Of a DNA stretch of 64,000 bases, positions 57,500 to 64,000 are shown in pieces. How positions within the stretch are numbered: the stretch's first letter is position 1; every line of letters starts with the position of its first letter. Origin of the DNA: the human T2T-CHM13v2.0 reference genome, Homo sapiens; the NCBI RefSeq assembly GCF_009914755.1, contig NC_060934.1, one strand, 5' to 3'. A program made the position numbers and the translations under genes. Below the pieces are notes generated by a model. It was not told the origin of the DNA, made no database searches, and saw only the letters and a list, made by a program, of their open reading frames with translations.

Positions 57500-59787
57500 T
57501 TGGCCCTTGGAAAAGACAGGTCTGAACTGTGTGGATCCACTTACACTTAGATGTTCTTCTACCTCAGCCACCGCAGAGACAGCAAGACTGCCCCTGCCCC
57601 TCCTCCCCTCCCTTCCCCCTCCCCCTCCTCCCCTCCCTTCCCCCTGCCCCTCCTCCCCACCCTTCCCCCTCCCCCTCCTCCCCTCCCTTCCCCCTCCCCT
57701 TCCTCCCCTCCCTTCCCCCTCCCCTTCCTCCCCTCCCTTCCCCCTCCCCCTCCTCCCCTCCCTTCCCCCTCCCCCTCCTCCCCTGCCTTCCCCCTCCACC
57801 TCCTCCCCTCCCTTCCCCCTCCTCCCCTCCCTTCCCCCTCCACCTCCTCCCCTCCCTTCCCCCTCCACCTCCTCCCCTCCCTTCCCCCTCCCCCTCCCCT
57901 CCTCTGCCTCACTTCCCCCTCCCCTCTCCCCTCCCCCTCCTCCAGCTACCCCTCCCCTTCTTCCTCCTCCTCCTCCCCCCCCCTCCTCCTCCTCCCCCTC
58001 CTCCTCCCCCTCCTCCTCCTCCCCCTCCCCTTCCCCCTCCTCCTCCCCCTCCTCTTCCTCCCCCCTCCTCTTCCCCCTCCTCCTCCCCCTCCTGTTCCTC
58101 CCCCTCCTCTTCCTTCCTCTCCCCCTCCTCTTCCCCCTCCTCCTCCCCCTGCTCCTCCTCCCCCTCCTCTTCCTTCCCCTCCCTCTCCCTTACCCCTCCA
58201 CCTCCTCTTCCTTCCCCTGCCCCTCACCCTTCACCTCCCCCTCCTCTTCCTTCCCCTCCTCCTCCCTGTCCCCCTTCTCTTCCTTCTCCTCCTCTCCCTC
58301 CCCATCCCCCTTCTCTTCCTTCTCCTCCCCTTCCCTGTCCCCCTCATCTTCCGTCCCCTCCCCCTCCTCTTCCTTCCCCTCCCCCTCCCCCTTCTCTTCC
58401 TTCCCCTCCCCCTCCCCGTCCCCCTCTTCCTTCCCCTCCCCCTCTTCCTTCCCCTCCCCCTCCCTGTTCCCCTCCTCTTCCTTCCCCTCCCCCTCCCTGT
58501 CCCCCTCCTCTTCCTTCCCCTCCCCCTCCCCATCCCCCTCCTCTTCCTTCCCCTCCCCCTCCCCATCCCCCTCCTCTTCCTTCTCCTCCCCATCTCCCTC
58601 CTCCTCCCCTCTTCCTTCCCCTCCCCTGCTCTTCCTTCACCTCCCCCTCCCCTCCCCCCTCCTCCCCCTCCCTTCCCCCCCCTCCTCTTCCCTGTCCACC
58701 TCCTCTTCCCCCTCCCCCTCCTCTTCCCCCTCCCCTCCTCTTCCCCCTCCCCCTCCTCCTCCTTCCCCTCCCCCTCCTCCTCCTTCCCCTCCCCCCTCCT
58801 CCTCCCTGTCCTCTTCCTTCCCCTCCCTCCCCCCTCCCCCTCCTCTTCTTTCACCTCCCCTCCTCTTCCTTCACCTCCCCCTCCCCCCAATCACCTCCCC
58901 CTCTCCCCACTCACCTCCCCCTCCCCCCACTCACCTCCCCCTCCCCCCACTCACCTCCCCTCCCCCCACTCACCTCCCCCTCCCCCCACTCCTCCCCCTC
59001 TCACTCCTCCCCCTCTCCTCCCCCTCCCTCCTCCCCCTGCCCTTCCCCTCCCTCCTCCCCCCTCCTCCCCCTCTCCCTCTCTCTGTCTTCCCCCTCCCCC
59101 TCCCTTTTCCCCCTCCCCCTCCCTTTTCCCCCTCCTCCTCCCCCTCCCCGTTCCCCCTCCCCCTTCCCCCTACCCCTTCCCCCTCCCTGTTCCCCCTCCC
59201 CCTTCCCCCTACCCCTTCCCCCTCCCCCTTCCCCCTTCCGCCTTCCCCTCCCCCTTACTCTCCCCTTCCCCTCCCCCTTACTCTCCCCTTCCCCTCCCCC
59301 TTACTCTCCCCTTCCCCTCCCCCTTACTCTCCCCTTCCCCTCCCCCTTACTCTCCCCTTCCCCTTCCCCTCCCCCTTACTCTCCCCTTCCCCTCCCCCTT
59401 CTCCTCCCCTCCTCCTCCTTCCCGTCTCCCTCCCCATCTCCATCCCCCTCCCCCTCCTCCTTCTCCTCCCCCTCCCCAGCCTACTCACCATGGAGATGAT
59501 GAAGACCTTCATGATGATCCATTTCCACTTAATGAATAGTAAATAGATTTTCACGTCCTTAGGATTGTCTTAATAACTTTTTCTAGTTTATTTTACTGTA
59601 AGAATACAGTGTATAATATGGGTAACATACACAATATGTGTTAGTTGAATGTTTATGTTATCATTAAGACTTCCATTCAACAGTAGGGTATTAGCAGTTA
59701 AGTTTTGGGGGAGTCAAAAGGTTATGTGGATTTTTGACTGTGTGGGGCTTCGACAGCCCAACCCCTGCACTGTCCGAGCATCAGCTG
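57497..59787. mobile_element. Tigger2a (MER28-like) fossil split by an expanded pyrimidine tract
   Basis: Left: CCCTTG...TGAACTG..GGATCCACTTA...GAGACAGCAAGAC; right: CAGCCTACTCA...GAAGACCTT.ATGATGATCCA.TTCCACTTAATGAATAGTAAATA...GGGGAGTCAAAAG...TCAGCTG+TA. Confidence 0.88.
57591..59477. repeat. About 1.9-kb C-rich polypyrimidine/polypurine compound tandem repeat
   Basis: Almost purine-free plus strand; sub-arrays with periods of about 25, 33, 20 and 23 bp. Confidence 0.97.
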
Positions 59788-60797
59788 TATACATACATAT
59801 TTTGCCGTTTGTATTATAGTAGCTCTGTGCATGGGGCATGTCTCCGCAGGAAGAGGGACTGTCCTGACTCTTTTGGGCCTGGTGGTGATTGTCTGGGGCA
59901 CTCCTCCCAGAGCCCTGACTACTGACAGGTCACTTCAAGAATCAAAGAACCTCGACTATGATGTCATTTTTCTGTAAGCCCTGGACTACTATAAATTATG
60001 TTTTATCTGTCATAATTAAGACTTGGAGACTACCAAGCTGTCTTCGAGGGGAAAGGCCTGTCCCTTTCTCCAGAGAAATAATTAATTGTTAGAGTATATG
60101 GTTTTTGAAGAATTTACTGTAAGATAAAAGACTGGTATTTTATTCTTGCATTTATTAGTATTTAATCAAATGGAAAGTGCACTTTCAGCCTGGAAATCTT
60201 GGCTTCAGCTGCAGGATTAGACTGAATTATTGTTTAAAGAGTAAAAGGTATAGAATTATATGTTCAAGTTATCAAGCCACTGATAGGTTTTGGGTATAAT
60301 GTAACTAATTTAGAACATAAAATTTCCTGCCTTGTGGACTAGAGCATCGGATTAATCATTTGGAAGCGGGGCGCACTTCCTCTGCTGCGTGGCCTCGCGG
60401 TGAGATGGAGCCTGTCGCTCCAGGAGCACGAGACCTTTACGGAGTTCGGTGCCGTCAAGGCCCACTTGTCCACAGCCACCGGAGCATGTTGGGAACACCG
60501 GGAGCCGCTGGAACGTGTCTGGAACACCAGGCTCTTCCATTCGGGACACTGAGTCATAAATCATCCCATGTGTCTCACGCAAGAATTCTTCCCTGCAGAA
60601 ATTTCATGAAACTTAGTCTTTGCTAAGGGTAAAGAGGATTTAATTCTCTTTGTTCTCAGTGGTGTGCAGGCTTAATGCTCATGGGTGTTGACTGGTGGCC
60701 GGCACATCAGTGGCTCGTGGGTGTTGACTTGTGGCTCCTGGCATTGCTTTGCATTAGAGGATAGCCGGCCTCTCTACACCATGACTTAGAAAATTCC

Positions 60798-60928
60798 AGC
60801 CAGGCACAGTGGCTTACACCTGTAATCTCAGTGCTATGGGAGGATTGCGTGAGGCCAGAAGTTTGAGTTCAGCCTGGGCAACATAGCAAGACCCTATCTC
60901 TACCAAAAAAGAAAAAGAATAAAGAAAA
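60798..60928 (+). mobile_element. FLAM monomer with internal deletion
   Basis: GCCAGGCACAGTGGCTTACACCTGTAATC...; 12-bp flanking direct repeat AGAAAATTCCAG (60788 / 60923). Confidence 0.9.
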
Positions 60929-61311
60929 TTCCAGAAAACGTTTGTGACAGCATCACTGTTGAGGTTGTAGTGCCACAGGCAGTGCAGCAAGCATCTGGTT
61001 TATCTGCGTGAGCTCATGACGTGTTCATCAGTGGGCAGAAAAAGATGGGATCAGACAAAACAGATGCTCTCAGGATCCTTCAGATCAGGATGGCAAATGT
61101 TTCCTGAAATGGGCCAGGCCAGAAATATTTCTGGCTCTGTGATGTACAGCCGCTGGCACAGCTACCTGACCCTGCTGTTAGAGCTGCTGCAGAAAGGACC
61201 CAGAGGAGGAGTGGGGCTGCTACCCGTGATGCTAGACCGAGGTTGCTGAAACTGGAGTGTCCCATTGTATGCACGTGTCCTAAAGCATCTCCTTCCATCT
61301 CCTTGTCTACT

Positions 61312-61958
61312 CCTACCGTGCGCATACAGAGCCCCTATGGTGCGAGTACAGAGCCCCTGTGGTGCATGTACAAAGCCCCTATGGTGCAGGTGCAGAGCCC
61401 CTACGGTGCAGGTGCAGAGCCTCTACGGTGCAGATGCAGAGCCCCTACGGTGCAGGTGCAGAGCCCCTACGGTGTGCAGGTGCAGAGCCTCTACGGTGCA
61501 TGTACAGAGCCCCTACCGTGCAGGTGCAGAGCCTCTACGGTGCGGTGCAGAGCCCCTATGGTATGCTTTCAGAGCCCCTAAGGTGCACCTACAGAACCCC
61601 TAAAGTGCAGGTGCAGAATCCCTACAGTGTATGTGCAGAGCCCCTACGGTGCGGGTACAGAACCCCTACGGTGAGGGTGCAGAGCCCCTATGGTGCGGGT
61701 ACAGAACCCCTACGGTGAGGGTGCAGAACCCCTAAGGTGTGCCTGCAGAGCCCCTATGGTGCGGGTGCAGAGCCCCTATGGTGCGGGTACAGAACCCCTA
61801 TGGTGCATGTACAGACCCCATACGGTGCGGGTACAGAGCCCCTACGGTGCGGGTGCAGAGCCCCTATGGTGTGCGTACAGAACCCCTGCGGTGCGGGTAC
61901 ACAGCCCCTAAGGTGTGCCTACAGAGCCCCTACGGTGCGCGTACGGGGCCCCTACGGC
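61312..61958. repeat. 22-bp CpG-containing minisatellite (about 29 copies)
   Basis: Consensus CAGAGCCCCTA(C/T)GGTGC(A/G)GGT(G/A). Confidence 0.95.
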
Positions 61959-64000
61959 ACGCAGGCTTGCCCCGCCACCTGCTGTCCCCGGATTCCTGTC
62001 AGATGTCCGGGTGCCCAGCCTGACTGGGCATGGCCCTCCTGGAAGCAGTTTCAGGGCCAGTTCTGATCTCAGGTGGGGATGGAGAGCTGGTGTCTGGGCC
62101 GCTCAGAGCTCAGGCCCCGCACATTGTCAGAGTGACCTCACCAGCTCCAAGTGCCCCTTTTCCCTCAGTTTCATTATTTGAGAAGTGAGGAGGTCACACC
62201 AGGCTGGACACGGGATTTCAATCCGTGTGTCCCCCTGTTGCTCGGGGTGGCTGCATGCAGGGTGAGTTCAGGGAAGCTCTGGATGCAGTGAGCGAGGCCC
62301 CGCCCAGCCTCTTGGTGGGAGTCACTGGCCTCACAGCTCACTGCAATTCAGAGACCTGCAGTGTGAAGATTCTTCCAGATTACTGGATGGAAGGGACTTC
62401 AGTGACCTCATGTAAGAAAGGAAGTCACCCACTGGTAGCCTCAGAGAGGGAACCTCTGGCAGTCTGGCTCACAGCCGGGGCCAGATTGAAACTGTATCCA
62501 AGAGCAGCTGCTGAGAGACCCACCTCAGTCCTGCAGGAGTCCAGGCTCTCTCCCAGGCCCCCAGGGACGGTGTTTCCACCTGGTACCTTGGGGAGATGTG
62601 ACCAGAGCTGCTGGAGGGAGCGTCTACCTGCTGGGGTCAGGGGGTCTCCATCCGCCCACAGTGTCGGCTCAACAAGTGTGTGCTGTCCACCCCAGGCCCA
62701 GGGCAGGTCCCACGAGGCCGAGGCTGCACCTTGCTGTCCAGGGGGCCGCAGCTGAGGCCTGTGCAGCCTCCCCAGTGCTAGTGCCAGCATGGTACAGGAG
62801 TCGCAGCTCCAGGAGGACATGCAGGCTGCCTGCCATGAGAACATCCCTCTGCTGTTTGCAGACCGAGGCCCATGGGTGCAGAAGGAAGCGTGCCGGTGCA
62901 GGGCACGCAGGGCCAATGGGAGATGGACTGACCAGTGGTCTGGACCGAGCAGGCAGCAAAGGGCCCTGTGTGCTGAACTGAGCTGCTGGGACTTAATGCA
63001 CACAGAACCACAGAACGTAATGGAGAAGAATTCCTTGCTCTGGGAAGCCTGGGTAAGGGTGAGTGGGAGATAAAGAAGCCATCAGAATGCTGCTGAGTCT
63101 GGTGGGGGTTGGAGGTCACCGGAAATAGCTCCTCGCAAGTTTTACTCAGATCTTCTTGGCAGGGTGCATCTTAGCATTTGTAGAATGCACCAAGGAATGC
63201 CTGGGAAGGGCATGGGGGCCCTGCAGGGGTCACAGGCTGGGAGAGGAGGGGCTTACTGCCTTGGGCCCCTGGACACAGGTAATGCCTTTGCCTCAGGTGG
63301 CCAGAAGTGCCTGTAGGCTTTGCAGAAAGCTACTGTTCCTTTCCTGTGTGGGTGTGTGACTCCTGGACGGTTGCCGGAGATTGCCCTGAGGCTGGGGTGG
63401 GTGCCTGTCCTGGAGCCTCCATCCCACAGTGCTCTTTGTCTGTAGGATCTGCGCACACAAGGGTTTGGTTGTTGAACCTGGAGACACACATTATGGTGAA
63501 TCCCAGTGTTGACTGATTATATCATTAAGTGGGTCACATGACACAAAAACCACACGTTCTGAATGTACAAATTCCATCCCAGTGCAGGTGGAAATTTGTA
63601 TTAACCATGGCTTTCTTCACATGGCTTCTTTGCAAACAAACACTTGGTACTTTGCTAGTACAAGGTCCTTCCTTGGTGGGGAGGGGTGTAATCCCATGTC
63701 GATGTCTGGACGAGGAGAAAGAGGAACTTCCCCTCAGCCAGTGGACGAGACTGTCCAGGCTGCTCCACAATGGCCACAGAGAGCCCCCGGCACCTGCTTG
63801 GGGCAGGAATTGGTGGCTTTGGCCACCTTGCTTAATTGAGAAAGTTGATGTTTCCGTCAGATCTTCTTGTGTTCGCACATGTTACTTATTCTCTAAGAAG
63901 TCAGTGAAACTTCACCCAACTTTAGAGGCTATAAAGAATGAGGTTATTTTCTGCCATGACATATTTAAGCTGAAGCTTCCCAAGCCATAACAGTTTTAAG

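Noticed and set aside
57425-59554. Very long ORFs (705, 656, 662 aa) and Gly/Arg/Glu-rich antisense ORFs
   Set aside because: A C/T-only tract contains almost no stop codons, so all frames stay open; Pro/Ser/Leu low complexity inside a transposon fossil
61243-62066. Repeat array and Cys-rich ORFs resembling a CRISPR array or repeat protein
   Set aside because: Head-to-tail 22-bp minisatellite with no unique spacers and no cas genes; eukaryotic DNA
62225-63119. Cluster of 95-192-aa ORFs in GC-rich sequence
   Set aside because: Overlapping on both strands, mostly non-ATG starts, no homology recognised; expected in GC-rich 10q26 DNA

Overview
Human (primate) genomic DNA at the MGMT locus (O6-methylguanine-DNA methyltransferase, 10q26), recognised from the exon 1/CpG-island sequence. 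The window holds about 6.2 kb of upstream sequence, the TATA-less CpG-island promoter (about 5796-6557), exon 1 (donor TTG|GTGAGT after 6407) and about 57.6 kb of intron 1. Exon 2, with the canonical MDKDCEM start, is not in the window. Apart from a 27-codon optional N-terminal extension in exon 1 there is no credible protein-coding sequence; the long ORFs come from low-complexity DNA, VNTRs, Alus or decayed L1. The intron contains Alu/FLAM, L1M, L2, MIR, MaLR (MLT1) LTRs and hAT/Tigger fossils. The most unusual structures are: (1) a 1.9-kb polypyrimidine tract expanded inside a Tigger2a fossil; (2) a microsatellite-punctuated mosaic of three locally copied fragments with flanking inverted repeats, and a 183-bp fold-back nearby; (3) a 42-bp E-box VNTR with a 345-bp higher-order repeat; (4) three sense-oriented MLT1 LTRs that could act as alternative MGMT promoters; (5) distal promoter elements lying within an LTR. 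No CRISPR array, RNA gene or new multi-gene system is supported. Repeat subfamily names and literature SNP numbering are from recall and need RepeatMasker/dbSNP confirmation.
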